A stretch of 62,514 nucleotides of DNA, filler included, from Nanobdellota archaeon (GTDB taxonomy: Archaea; Nanobdellota; Nanobdellia; Woesearchaeales; CAZZGN01), in the NCBI GenBank assembly GCA_051819665.1. It is 6 parts of 6 records of this genome, joined end to end, with 100 filler letters (N's around TTAATTAATTAA, not from the genome) between each part and the next. Parts side by side here need not be neighbours in the genome. Positions count along the whole stretch, not along the records: positions 12,438 to 23,856 come from JBNJDG010000033.1; positions 23,957 to 34,577 come from JBNJDG010000035.1; 4 more parts are not named here. The stretch is one strand, 5' to 3'. A program made the translations under genes and the position numbers. The stretch's first letter is position 1. Every line of letters starts with the position of its first letter. Positions 19,107 through 29,009 of the stretch are shown one piece after another. The notes under the pieces are model-generated. The model did no database searches and was not told where the DNA came from. It was given only the letters and a program-made list of their open reading frames with translations.

Positions 19107-19224
19107 CTTATCACCATGATAAACAGTAAGAAAGGATTTAATAACATTTTACAGAAGATTACTGAAAGACTTTCAAAAGAACGGAAGCATATCCAATAAT
19201 AAGAAATATTTTACCTGAAAATGC

Positions 19225-20085
19225 CTATTCATCCGAAATCTTTTTGAGCCTGGCGATAAAAAATCCCTGGGTCTCGGGCGGCCAGAACCTCCTGCATCTT
19301 CGTGTCCTTTCGGTAAGACCGGGTTCTCCGGCAGTAGTATTGACATCCATGAGCTCCATATCGAATTTCTCAAGGGCGAATTCAATGACCTTCTCGTTCT
19401 CCTCTATCTCTAAAGAACAAGTGGAATAGACCATCTCTCCTCCTGGTTTGAGGACATCGAAGGCCGAAGTGATGAGATCCTTCTGCTCTTCCGCATTACT
19501 TTCTATCATGCCGATGTCCCTCTTTTCAAACCAACCCTCATCATTCGAGTAATTGCCTGAACAGGGAGCATCAAGAAGGACCTTATCAAAACTGAGCTGA
19601 AGGTCATCAGCATACTTGGCATCTTTCCTGTAAACGAGACAGTTCCTCACACCGAGGCGTTCTAGATTGTTCCTCAGGGACATGATCCGCGGGTTATTGA
19701 TATCCAGAGCCACAACCGTTCCCTTGTTACCCATCAACTGAGATAAATGCGTGGTCTTCGATCCGGGAGAAGCACACATATCAAGGACAAGATCATCTTC
19801 CTTCGGTGCAAGAACCTCGCTGGCTAGCTGACTGGCTGCCTCCTGAAGATAATAATACCCGAGAAGGTATAGAGGGGAAGATCCGAGAGAGAAATCCGCA
19901 TCGTAATGATAACCCTTGTCGAGGAAATTTATCTTCTCCAAAGTGACTTCCGAATCCTTTAACCTCCTGACCGCGTCCTTCTCAGAGATCTTCAAGGTGT
20001 TTATCCTCAAAGCCGGCTTAGGCTTCTCGTTCCCTGTAAGTTCGTGGCCCCATTTCTTATAACGGTTAAGAAAGAAATTCATCAT
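19225..20085 (-). CDS. RsmB/NOL1/NOP2/Sun family RNA m5C methyltransferase
   Basis: YLQEAAS, LDMCASPGSKT, LLDAPCSG, VYSTCS..EENE. Confidence 0.95.
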   Translation of the reverse strand: MMNFFLNRYKKWGHELTGNEKPKPALRINTLKISEKDAVRRLKDSEVTLEKINFLDKGYHYDADFSLGSSPLYLLGYYYLQEAASQLASEVLAPKEDDLVLDMCASPGSKTTHLSQLMGNKGTVVALDINNPRIMSLRNNLERLGVRNCLVYRKDAKYADDLQLSFDKVLLDAPCSGNYSNDEGWFEKRDIGMIESNAEEQKDLITSAFDVLKPGGEMVYSTCSLEIEENEKVIEFALEKFDMELMDVNTTAGEPGLTERTRRCRRFWPPETQGFFIARLKKISDE

Positions 20086-21197
20086 GTGTCCTCCAGTTCA
20101 AGAGTGACTTTCTTGTCCTTCGCATTGATCTGCTTTATCGTCTCATGGCCCTTGAGCTTCTTCTTTATCTCATCCCAGCTGAGCTCTTCCCTCGCTTTGT
20201 TGATGGCATCTATGATCTTCTGCACTTCCTGATAATTATGGAATATTACCTCTCCCTTCTTCTGATTCTCATCTATCTTCCCCTTAAGCTCCTCTATCTT
20301 AGCTTCCTGGTTCTCGATTATCTTCCTGAGTTTCTTGAGCTCCTTCTCTTTCTTAGACTCCACCTGCTTCTCTTCCTTCTCTATCTTGCTCTCTGTAAGT
20401 GTCTCATCAAGAGCCTCATTGAAGCTTTCAAACTCTTTCGCTCCACTCATATCAAGTATGCTCAGATTAAAAGGGAAAATCTTATCATCATTGAGTACAA
20501 GACCTTTCTTCTCCCTCTGTTTTATCTTTCCGGCTGCCTCATAAAGTTTATCTATATGTGAGTCATCAATCTCCGAGAGATCCTTGTCAATTTCGGCCAG
20601 AGAACAGAGCTCTTCAGCATAAGTTCCGCCGAGACCGAAATCTATCGCCAGGCCTTTCACTATGCTTTCCTTATCTGAAGAATAGAGAGTATCCGCAAAC
20701 TCCTGCCTCGATATCTCGCGGAAGTTAACATCCTTCTTCGGATGCTGGTACTCTATGCCCCCTCTGATTGTACGCTCCTTCCAATTCTGGGTTATCAGGG
20801 GGAAGATTATCTTATAATCCTCATCACAGAGGATGACATTACCATCACTGAAAAGCTCGACGATCATATGATATTTTCTTTCTTTTGTCTCGAATATGAA
20901 ATCGACTATCCTCTCGAACCTTATCTGCTCTGCCTGCCTGAGCCTCGAGTTCCTTAACCTCTTCCTCAGGAAATGGCAGAAAGCCGGAGGTGTGTCGGGC
21001 TGCTTTCCCTTGTACTTCGTAAGATACATCATACCGGGAAGCATTATCCTGATCATCCTCTTTCCTTCACCCGGCTTGTGGAAACGAAAGACTAGTTCTT
21101 CCTTGCCCTGCTGATACACCTGATCCACCTTAGCCCCTTCCAGATCAAGCTCAGCAAGAAGGTAATACAATTCCAGAGCTGTCAGCTGTTTCTTCAT
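20082..21197 (-). CDS. NFACT/Rqc2 (FbpA-like) N-terminal + HhH + coiled-coil protein
   Basis: PPAFCHFLRKRL, QIRFERIV, VELFSDGNVIL, GLGGTYAEELC; ends after the coiled coil. Confidence 0.85.
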   Translation of the reverse strand: MKKQLTALELYYLLAELDLEGAKVDQVYQQGKEELVFRFHKPGEGKRMIRIMLPGMMYLTKYKGKQPDTPPAFCHFLRKRLRNSRLRQAEQIRFERIVDFIFETKERKYHMIVELFSDGNVILCDEDYKIIFPLITQNWKERTIRGGIEYQHPKKDVNFREISRQEFADTLYSSDKESIVKGLAIDFGLGGTYAEELCSLAEIDKDLSEIDDSHIDKLYEAAGKIKQREKKGLVLNDDKIFPFNLSILDMSGAKEFESFNEALDETLTESKIEKEEKQVESKKEKELKKLRKIIENQEAKIEELKGKIDENQKKGEVIFHNYQEVQKIIDAINKAREELSWDEIKKKLKGHETIKQINAKDKKVTLELEDT

Positions 21198-21227
21198 ATA
21201 GATTAAGAAAAAGAGATAATATTTAAA

Positions 21228-22574
21228 TCATTCCACAAAAAATGCCCTGTAGAACCTATAAGCCGAATAGATATCCGCTTTGCTCACGACCTCGCACGGA
21301 GAATGCATGCCCAGGACACAGGGTCCTGCATCAACACAGTCCATGCCGTACCTTGACATGAACATGCCTATAGTGCCTCCACCACCGAGGTCTATCTTAC
21401 CTAACTCTCCGGTCTGCCATTCTATGCCTTCCTTGTCGAGTATGCTCCTTAAGTACTGCATATATTCAGCATGAGCATCATGAGTAGAATACTTGCCTCC
21501 AGAACCGCCGTATTTCTCGACAGATATTCCATGCCCCAGTTTTGATGCATTTTGAGGATCATGGGCATCCTTGTAATTCGGGTTTAGCCCCGCCGTAACA
21601 TCTGCAGAGACACATCTGGAAGCTGAAAGTATCTGATCAACACCCTTGTCAAGCTTCATGAGTCTCCTGTAATCATGAGCGAAGTTCTGTAATATGAGGC
21701 TTGCTGCCCCTGTGTCACCGACAGAGCCTATCTCTTCCTTATCCACAAAGAACCCAAGGGCTGTTCTGCCAGGGACTTCAAGCTCGATAAGGGCCTTAAG
21801 TGAGGTGTAAGCACAGACCTTATCATCCTGACCGTAAGCGCCGACCATGGACTTGTCAAAGCCTATATCCATAGGATCCTGAGCAGGTACGAGCTCGAGT
21901 TCAGCAAAAGCGAAATCCTCCTCGAGTATGTTGTATTTCTCCTTGAGATGATTGAGCATAGCTCTCTTGAGCTTCTCCTTCTCTTCCTCGTCCTCTACAG
22001 GAATATTGCCAATGAGGATATTCAGCTCTTCACCCTGAATCATCTCTTTGGGTGTCTTCTCCATCTGTTTCCTGGCAAGATGTGCAAGGAGATCCGGAAT
22101 TATGAAATTCCCCTCATTAACATCCACTTTCCTGCCGTCCTTCGTGAATATAACGCCCTTAAGCTCCAGAGGCAGATTGACCCAATGATACTTCTTAATA
22201 CCTCCATAATAATGCGTCTTTAATAGAGACAAGGAAGATTCCTCATAGAGGGGAATCGGCTTAAGATCGAGCCTCGGAGAATCAACATGACTGCCCACTA
22301 TCTGGAGATTGTCCTTCTCCTTGCCCACTACAAAGGCGAAGATGGTCTTATCCTTGATCATCTTATAGATCCTGTCGCCTTCCCTGGCTTCCCTGACTTC
22401 ATCGAATCTTTTGAAGCCATTATCTTCTAAGATCTTCTTTATGTTGCTTATCGCATGCCTCTCGGTCTTACTGTGTTTCATGAAATCCTTATAGCCTTCA
22501 GAGAAAGCCATGATGTCTTCTTTATCCTGCCACGCATGCTTATTTTCGTATTTCAGAGAATCATTTTCTGCCAT
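21228..22574 (-). CDS. M18 family aminopeptidase
   Basis: SKTER, SHVDSPRLDLKP, GQDD, DKEEIGS, SADV, GGGGTI, MHSP. Confidence 0.93.
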   Translation of the reverse strand: MAENDSLKYENKHAWQDKEDIMAFSEGYKDFMKHSKTERHAISNIKKILEDNGFKRFDEVREAREGDRIYKMIKDKTIFAFVVGKEKDNLQIVGSHVDSPRLDLKPIPLYEESSLSLLKTHYYGGIKKYHWVNLPLELKGVIFTKDGRKVDVNEGNFIIPDLLAHLARKQMEKTPKEMIQGEELNILIGNIPVEDEEEKEKLKRAMLNHLKEKYNILEEDFAFAELELVPAQDPMDIGFDKSMVGAYGQDDKVCAYTSLKALIELEVPGRTALGFFVDKEEIGSVGDTGAASLILQNFAHDYRRLMKLDKGVDQILSASRCVSADVTAGLNPNYKDAHDPQNASKLGHGISVEKYGGSGGKYSTHDAHAEYMQYLRSILDKEGIEWQTGELGKIDLGGGGTIGMFMSRYGMDCVDAGPCVLGMHSPCEVVSKADIYSAYRFYRAFFVE

Positions 22575-22618
22575 TTTAGATTCCTGTAATCTGGATTAAT
22601 ATAAAAATATGTCGGATG

Positions 22619-23053
22619 TCAGATCTTAATATTATTTATGAATTTTTGAGTGAAAGAGATCACTTTAGCTGCATAATCCTTGCCAAAAGATTTCCCATTA
22701 TACATTATCCTGTTCCTGAAATACCTTAACTGGTCACAAAAATAAACTTCTTTTTCACCAAACCCAAGATTTCTTAGAAAGGATACCTCTGCTTCATGCG
22801 CCCCTTGTCCTGAAGCCTTAAATCCTCGCTCATACATCTTTGAACGTATAAGTTCCATTATGATGTCATAACCTATCTTAATTATTGTGTTTGAATTTTT
22901 ATCATTTATTCCAATACTTTCTACAATATTTTTCAAAAAATCATACGCTTCTTCTGATTCTTTCCTAAGACTTTTAGCTCTTGAAAAATCAGGTTTATAA
23001 TCCCTTACAATGCCTTCATCAAAAAAATCTTCGAATTCTCTCAGTGGCCTCAA
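22619..23053 (-). CDS. HEPN-domain protein (putative toxin)
   Basis: GAHEAEV, DQLRYFRNRIMY helical HEPN pattern; overlaps the upstream MNT gene. Confidence 0.72.
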   Translation of the reverse strand: MRPLREFEDFFDEGIVRDYKPDFSRAKSLRKESEEAYDFLKNIVESIGINDKNSNTIIKIGYDIIMELIRSKMYERGFKASGQGAHEAEVSFLRNLGFGEKEVYFCDQLRYFRNRIMYNGKSFGKDYAAKVISFTQKFINNIKI

Positions 23054-23589
23054 AGCTCAATTCCTCCCGATAACACGATTCCATTGCAGAGATTCTCTCT
23101 TAACTCCTTGTCAATACCTGCAAACGAATCATAGAAACCGAGATTGATATGCCTTTGTAAGATTTTTTCGTAATTCTTTAGACTGGTCCGTTTATCTTCC
23201 GAACCAACTATTGCGATGTCTATATCAGAATCTGACCTGTCTTCACCACGAGAGTAGCTTCCAAAGAGTATGATAGTAGAGCCAGGATTATTTTCTTCCA
23301 AATATTCAATCAACCCGGATTCGTAAATCTGGCGAAGATTATCCAAATGTTTCAGTCTGAGTGTCCTGCTGTCCCTCAAAAGAGAGATCAGATTAAGGTT
23401 CATGGCCTTGCTTTTCTCCACATTTACAAAACCTTTTAGTCCACGAAGCGCTTTTGAGACACCCATCGGAGTAGCACCTATGAGCCTTGCAATCTCTCCC
23501 TGGCTTAGTCTCTCCCCAGCCTTTATACAAAGAAGTCGAAAGATCTCTTCCTGAAGCCCTGTAAATGATTTGGTTTTTATATAAACCAT
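23050..23589 (-). CDS. HTH + minimal nucleotidyltransferase (MNT antitoxin)
   Basis: LSQGEIARLIG HTH; ILFGSYSRGED..DSDIDIAI. Confidence 0.88.
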   Translation of the reverse strand: MVYIKTKSFTGLQEEIFRLLCIKAGERLSQGEIARLIGATPMGVSKALRGLKGFVNVEKSKAMNLNLISLLRDSRTLRLKHLDNLRQIYESGLIEYLEENNPGSTIILFGSYSRGEDRSDSDIDIAIVGSEDKRTSLKNYEKILQRHINLGFYDSFAGIDKELRENLCNGIVLSGGIEL

Positions 23590-23638
23590 AGTTTATACGT
23601 ATACACTTAAGTTTATATATGTTTTTCGGTCAGGTAAA

Positions 23639-23856
23639 GACTAAAACAATGGGAACTTCGTTCGGTAGATAAGCCTCCAAGAACAAAACATGAGGGAAGG
23701 GGGACCCTGAACGACTGGTTACGGTCAGTCGACACCCAAGGTATGGCACAAGGCCAAACTCAACCATAAATCTCCAAGAACAAAACATGAGGGAAGGGGG
23801 ACTCACACAAGTTTTTTAGAAAAACTTGACTAAAACAATGGGAACTTCGTTCGGTA
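23639..23856. repeat. nested direct repeats A-B-hairpin-B-hairpin-A at contig end
   Basis: A = GACTAAAACAATGGGAACTTCGTTCGGTA (23639-23667, 23828-23856); B = CTCCAAGAACAAAACATGAGGGAAGGGGGAC (23675-23705, 23772-23802). Confidence 0.88.
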
Positions 23857-23956
23857 NNNNNNNNNNNNNNNNNNNNNNNNNNNNNNNNNNNNNNNNNNNN
23901 TTAATTAATTAANNNNNNNNNNNNNNNNNNNNNNNNNNNNNNNNNNNNNNNNNNNN
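23857..23956. other. artificial contig-joining linker
   Basis: N44-TTAATTAATTAA-N44. Confidence 0.98.
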
Positions 23957-25457
23957 GGAGGAGCTTGCGGGTAAGCTTTCCAAGCCGGATTTTATCAGGA
24001 AGATAGAGAATAACGGCCCTTACCTTAATTTCTTCATAGACAGCTCTTATATGGCAAAGGCTGTCTTTGATTCTCTCAACAAGAGCTATGATAAGAAAGA
24101 AGACAGGATCATGGTGGAATACTGCCAGGTGAATACTCACAAGGCTTTCCATGTGGGCCATCTCAGAGGAACTTTGCTGGGATCAGCATTAGTAAATCTC
24201 CTGAGGTATTATGGTTTCGAGGTGGTCTCTGCTAATTATCAGGGAGATATAGGCGCTCATGTCGCAAAGTCGATATGGTATCTTAATAAGTTTGAACCTG
24301 AGATGCCCGAAAAGGAGAAGGGAAAATGGCTCGGAAGGATATATCAGAAAGCCAATAAGGAACTGGAAGACAATCCCGGATATAAGGAAGAGGTCTCGGC
24401 TACTTTACAGAAGCTTGAGAATGGAGACCTCGATAGTATATGGAAGAAGACCAGGCAATGGTGCCTTGATGATTTCGAGAAGATCTATTCAAGACTTGGA
24501 GTGGAATTCGATGAGTATTTCTTTGAGAGTCAGGTCGAGAAGGAAGGCAAGAGGATAGTCAGGGAACTTCGTGACAAGGGCATTGCAGAGGAGAGCGAGG
24601 GTGCTCTGATAATCAACCTTGAGGAATATGGGTTGGGAAATTTCCTGCTCCTGAAGTCTGATGGTACTGCTCTCTACTCCACAAAAGACCTTGCTCTTGC
24701 GAAGTGGAAATTCGAGAAGTATGATATAGACCGCTCGCTTTATGTTGTCGGCTCTGAACAGAAGATGTATTTCCAGCAGATATTCAGGACGCTTGAGAAG
24801 ATGGGCTTTAAGGAAGCTGAGAAATGCAGTCATATACCTTTCGAGCTAGTTAGCCTGGAGGGGGGAAAGATATCTTCGAGAGAAGGTGAGCTCATACTTG
24901 CTGATGAACTCCTTGATGAGCTTGAGGAGCATTCCTATGAGGAGGTTAAGAGAAGGCATCCTGACTGGAAAGAGGAAGACAGGAAAGAGACTGCCAGGAG
25001 TCTTGCTCTTGCAGGAATTAAGTTCGGCATGCTATCACAGGACAATAAGAGATCGATGGTCTTTAACATAAAGGACTCGCTTGATTTTGAGGGCGAGACT
25101 GGGCCTTACATACAGTATGCCCATGCCAGGATATGCAGTATTTTGAGGAAATCAGATACAGAATATGGAGAGGCGGATGTATCTTATCTTAAGAATGAGG
25201 ACGAGAAGAACCTTGTATCTCTCCTCGGTGGCTTTGATGAGGCTTTAAAACAGTCGGTCAAGGATTACAGGCTCATGCCCCTGTGCAGGTATCTGCTCGA
25301 TCTCTCCCAGGCACTGAACGAGTATTATCATAAGCATAATATCCTTAAGGAGGAGGAAGGGAAGAAGAAAGCAAGGCTTTTCCTTGTAGATAATGTGAGG
25401 AAGGTCATAGCCAGGGGTCTTTCCATCTTAGGTATGGATGCACCAGAGAGGATGTAA
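23957..25457 (+). CDS. argS: arginyl-tRNA synthetase (5'-truncated)
   Basis: HVGH (HIGH), KSDGTALY, KISSR, FEGETGPYIQYAHARICSI, APERM; frame open back to the gap (GPYLNF). Confidence 0.96.
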
Positions 25458-25460
25458 ACT

Positions 25461-26033
25461 TTAACATTCGAGCTTATTGCCTTCGCCTGTTGTGCAGGCT
25501 ATCTTGTTGTTGGAGATAATATATGAATCTGTCTCAGGATAATCAACCTTATGCTTGCAACATATGTTTTCTGCAGCGTTTCCGGCGAGTGCATCGAATC
25601 TTTTTTTCAGTGAGTCCAGTTCCTTCTGTAACTGTTCTTTCTCTCTCTCGACCTCTACCTTTTCCTGGTTACATTTATTCTCGCTGTTCTCGAGCTTGTT
25701 TTCCAGTTCCTGTATCTTCCGGTCCTTCTCGCTCTTGAGTTCGTTCTTCAGCTGTGAGCATTGATAGCTTTCATTGGTGAGCTCTTCAATCCTTTCTTTC
25801 TGTCTCTCACTTGTCTTTTCACAGGATCTTTTCCTTATAAGGGCAGAATTAAGTTTCGTCTCTTTCTCCTCAACTTTTGAGAGGATCTCGTCGAGGGTCA
25901 TATCATAACTGCCGAACTCTTTCCTGATCTCATAGCCTTTCAGGGCAGGTTTCATCATGAAGAGGATTATAACAAAGAGTACGGCTACTATGGTTATGGT
26001 CAGCAGGACCTGGTGTTTGTGACTTAATTCCAT
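25461..26033 (-). CDS. membrane-anchored coiled-coil protein with Cys-rich C-terminus
   Basis: N-terminal TM helix, heptad repeats, NICC...C...C. Confidence 0.75.
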   Translation of the reverse strand: MELSHKHQVLLTITIVAVLFVIILFMMKPALKGYEIRKEFGSYDMTLDEILSKVEEKETKLNSALIRKRSCEKTSERQKERIEELTNESYQCSQLKNELKSEKDRKIQELENKLENSENKCNQEKVEVEREKEQLQKELDSLKKRFDALAGNAAENICCKHKVDYPETDSYIISNNKIACTTGEGNKLEC

Positions 26034-26039
26034 CTTTCC

Positions 26040-26630
26040 TCAATAACCCAGTTCCTCATCCACGAGGATCACATGGGCTTCCTTGTCCTTTATCCATTCC
26101 AGTATGCCTATAGACCTGCAGATCCTCTCAGGTGATGAGCAATCAGTGCATTCTCCTCTTTCCTTACAGGGGACCTTCTTGTCAAGTCTTTTGGCATTAG
26201 GGGGAGCAGCAACATCTTTCGCTCTCCTTATCCCGTCTTCCAGAGTACCTTCGGTGATCTTGTTACTTCCTATCAGGAAGATAAGTTTCTTTGGGCCGTA
26301 TATGGTTGCGGCGACCCTGTTCCCTCTTCCGTCTATGTTGATGATCCGGCCATCAGCAAGGAGAGAATTGACGCTGGTAAGGAAAGTATCTGCATAGAAC
26401 GCTTTCTTCATTGCCTCAGGATCTTTCTTCCTGTCAAGGACTCTTATGTCCTCTCTCTTCCGTAGCCCTTCAAAGACTCCTGTCTCTTCAAGCGAAGCGC
26501 TGCCTCCCCAGGCGACTGTCTCTCCCTCTTTCACAAGGTCGAGGATAAGTTCTTTCGCTTCCTCTTTGGTATCGCAATGATGCGGGATGAAATTCCTCTT
26601 TTTCAGATTGTTTATAAGTTCTTCTGTCAT
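26040..26630 (-). CDS. LUD-domain (LutC/YkgG-like) lactate utilization protein
   Basis: WGGS, NIDGRGNRVAA..YGP, PC..GECTDCSSPERIC, EELGY; start codon uncertain. Confidence 0.88.
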   Translation of the reverse strand: MTEELINNLKKRNFIPHHCDTKEEAKELILDLVKEGETVAWGGSASLEETGVFEGLRKREDIRVLDRKKDPEAMKKAFYADTFLTSVNSLLADGRIINIDGRGNRVAATIYGPKKLIFLIGSNKITEGTLEDGIRRAKDVAAPPNAKRLDKKVPCKERGECTDCSSPERICRSIGILEWIKDKEAHVILVDEELGY

Positions 26631-26665
26631 AATATTACTTGTAGATATCATCTGGGTAATAAATC

Positions 26666-27544
26666 TTATGGCTCTGTAATAGAACCAGAATACTCTTGTT
26701 TAATCTTGTTCATCTCTCCCTCGAGTTCTTCATAGGCCCCTTTCATCTCTTTCTCTATCTTTTCTGTCTCTTTTTTTATCTTCTCCAGGTCTTCGTTGTG
26801 CTGATTGATCTCCGTTTCCAGGGAACTAAGGTATAACTGCCTGAATCTCTTGTAAGATTCCCTTATCCTGTCCCAGAACCTTTTTATGACTCTGAAAACC
26901 TTCTTTTCTTCCTCCTCTCCAAGCCTTCTCGTGAAATGTGTTGATATTTCTTCCATGCCCAGGTCTTTCTTCGCTTTCTCATAAGCTTCCTTGAGTTTAT
27001 AGTAAATGGTTGAGACTGCCTTTTCTGATTTCTTCATTATGGTTTTTGGAGGGATCCCTTTTTCCACAGCCTTATCGGCTTTTTCCCAGAATAGATTGAA
27101 TGTGGCTTCAATCATGGGCCATGTGTGGGAGACTGATTTCCAGAATTCTTTTATGACTTCATTCTGTTGTTCTATCTTGAAATTCATGAACTCCTCTTTG
27201 CTTGTAAAGTATTTCTTGTCAGGATTCATCTCTTTGTATAGTACCTCGTGTCCCTCCTCATCGTATATTATTTCTGCGTTCCTGAACCTGTCCTCTTTCT
27301 CTTCAAAAGAGCTGACCTGAAGAGTCTTCAATATCTCGGAATAGCTCATATGGCTCTTCCTGATACTCTGGTTGGGGATGGAGGCAGAGATCTCTTTTGC
27401 GATCTGTCTTCTTTCTTCTGTGGAGGCTGATTCAAGATCCTTTATGTTGTTCTTCTCAAGGATCCGTTTGAGTATATTGATACCTTCGTGTCCGTACAAT
27501 CTCTCCATCAATGAACTCAGTTCAGTATACATGTATTCAATCAT
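26666..27544 (-). CDS. hypothetical helical protein
   Basis: 292-aa ORF, native codon usage, TATA box upstream. Confidence 0.7.
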   Translation of the reverse strand: MIEYMYTELSSLMERLYGHEGINILKRILEKNNIKDLESASTEERRQIAKEISASIPNQSIRKSHMSYSEILKTLQVSSFEEKEDRFRNAEIIYDEEGHEVLYKEMNPDKKYFTSKEEFMNFKIEQQNEVIKEFWKSVSHTWPMIEATFNLFWEKADKAVEKGIPPKTIMKKSEKAVSTIYYKLKEAYEKAKKDLGMEEISTHFTRRLGEEEEKKVFRVIKRFWDRIRESYKRFRQLYLSSLETEINQHNEDLEKIKKETEKIEKEMKGAYEELEGEMNKIKQEYSGSITEP

Positions 27545-27634
27545 ATATGTTTTAATTTATAATGTTTTCGGAATTATTAACAAACAGAAAGAATAGAAAA
27601 AGCTCCCCCCACATATGAGGGAGGATAAGTTTAT

Positions 27635-28336
27635 TTACCTTCCAGTGTTTGGTCCTTCAGGTCCACTTTGTTCACCTGAAGGGCTCTCATTACTGTCAAC
27701 AGCCCCGCCGGTAGAGGGTTCTTCTCCGGAAGAGATGTTGTCTGGTCCAGGTCTGTCAGTTTCCCTGGTGTCTCTTCCTGGACCGGGCTTTCCTTTATCT
27801 TCGGCATTACCTCTGCTTTTAGAGCCCTGCATATGTTCCTGTACCCTAGCTCTTGCGTTCTCTCTCACTCTACCGAGCATCCTGCCGGTACTGTTCTCGA
27901 GTTCCGAGGCTCTTTCAGGGTTTCTCTGTCTCACTCTCTCCAGGGCTCTTTCTCTTCCTCTTGCGCTGCTGTTCATTGCCCTCTCTATACCTTTTTTTGC
28001 CTGCTCGGGCACTTTGTCATAGACCTCACCGAGTACAGCCAGGTGGTTTGAGGTCTTATTGGCCATCTCTTCATCGTCCTCAGACCTGTTAAGAGCTTTC
28101 TGGTAGCCGTTCATGGCTTTCTCCATACCTCTCTGATTGTTCTCTCTCGCCATTGCTACCATTTCGGCAGCTCTTTCGTCAGAGACTTTCTCGGCTGCTC
28201 TGAAATTATCAAAGAAACTGTCCATGAAGTAGAACGGACTGTCGGGGGTTGTTCCCGGATCTGGCAGTTCCTCTACAGCAAGGGCAGGCATTGCAGCGAG
28301 CATAATCCCTGCTATCAATATTCCTATTAATCTCAT
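27635..28336 (-). CDS. secreted DUF5667-like protein with disordered C-terminus
   Basis: Signal peptide, LPDPGTTPDSPFYF, KVPEQAKKGIERA. Confidence 0.78.
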   Translation of the reverse strand: MRLIGILIAGIMLAAMPALAVEELPDPGTTPDSPFYFMDSFFDNFRAAEKVSDERAAEMVAMARENNQRGMEKAMNGYQKALNRSEDDEEMANKTSNHLAVLGEVYDKVPEQAKKGIERAMNSSARGRERALERVRQRNPERASELENSTGRMLGRVRENARARVQEHMQGSKSRGNAEDKGKPGPGRDTRETDRPGPDNISSGEEPSTGGAVDSNESPSGEQSGPEGPNTGR

Positions 28337-28460
28337 TTTGACCCCTCCGCCTGTGTTCCAGGCTTTAGTATATAGAGATGGAACGATTTAAATACTTTTT
28401 CCGGAATTAGCGGAACAAGGTGGATCTTGAATAAGAAGCTATTCTACAGAACTTCATTCA

Positions 28461-28534
28461 TGACCCCAGCGGGATTCGAACCCGCACCAGCCGGTCCGAA
28501 GCCGGCCGCACTATCCGGATTATGCTATGGGGCC
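28461..28534 (-). tRNA. tRNA-Arg (anticodon UCG), no intron, CCA not encoded
   Basis: GGCCCCA/TGGGGTC acceptor stem; GCCGG-CTTCGGA-CCGGC anticodon arm; GCGGG-TTCGAAT-CCCGC T-arm; A20. Confidence 0.95.
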
Positions 28535-28598
28535 ATCTTGTCATAGGTGAATCTAAGTCATAAGCAGTGATTTATAATATTTACTAAAAAGAAAAAAA

Positions 28599-28703
28599 TC
28601 ATTTCTTAAAAGGGTCTTCTCCATAACCGACCCATATATATTCTCCGTTCTTCTCACTGGCCATCCTATTAAAAAGGTTGGCGAATCTCTTCAAGAGTTT
28701 CAT
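28599..28703 (-). CDS. small ORF (34 aa) downstream of alba
   Basis: MKLLKRFANLFNRMASEKNGEYIWVGYGEDPFKK; AGGTGA SD; poly-T terminator right after the stop. Confidence 0.55.
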   Translation of the reverse strand: MKLLKRFANLFNRMASEKNGEYIWVGYGEDPFKK

Positions 28704-28712
28704 CCTATCACC

Positions 28713-28997
28713 TTATTCTTTCTTCGTCAGTATGATTTCAATCGTCGAAACCCTTACTTCCTTTCCTTCTTTGTTCTCGAACTCTTCAGAATCGATCTTG
28801 ATATCCTTGATCCCTACTGTGCCGTCAAGGAACCTTTTTGAAGCGACCTCTGCGACATCTACTGCCCTGCTTATGAACTTGCCTCTTGCCTTGACCGTCA
28901 CTTCCTCAGCGTCCTTTGTAGTGAATTGCATCACTACACCGGTAACATAGTTCATAAAAGGCTTGTTACCGATAAAGATAGAATTGTCTCCTATCAT
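28713..28997 (-). CDS. albA: DNA/RNA-binding protein Alba
   Basis: IFIGNKPFMNYV, KARGKFISRAVDVAE, VSTIEI. Confidence 0.96.
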   Translation of the reverse strand: MIGDNSIFIGNKPFMNYVTGVVMQFTTKDAEEVTVKARGKFISRAVDVAEVASKRFLDGTVGIKDIKIDSEEFENKEGKEVRVSTIEIILTKKE

Positions 28998-29009
28998 TTG
29001 TGTTCCCCC

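Noticed and set aside
23639..23856. Possible CRISPR array
   Set aside because: Two different repeats with only two copies each, nested order, irregular spacing and no cas genes.
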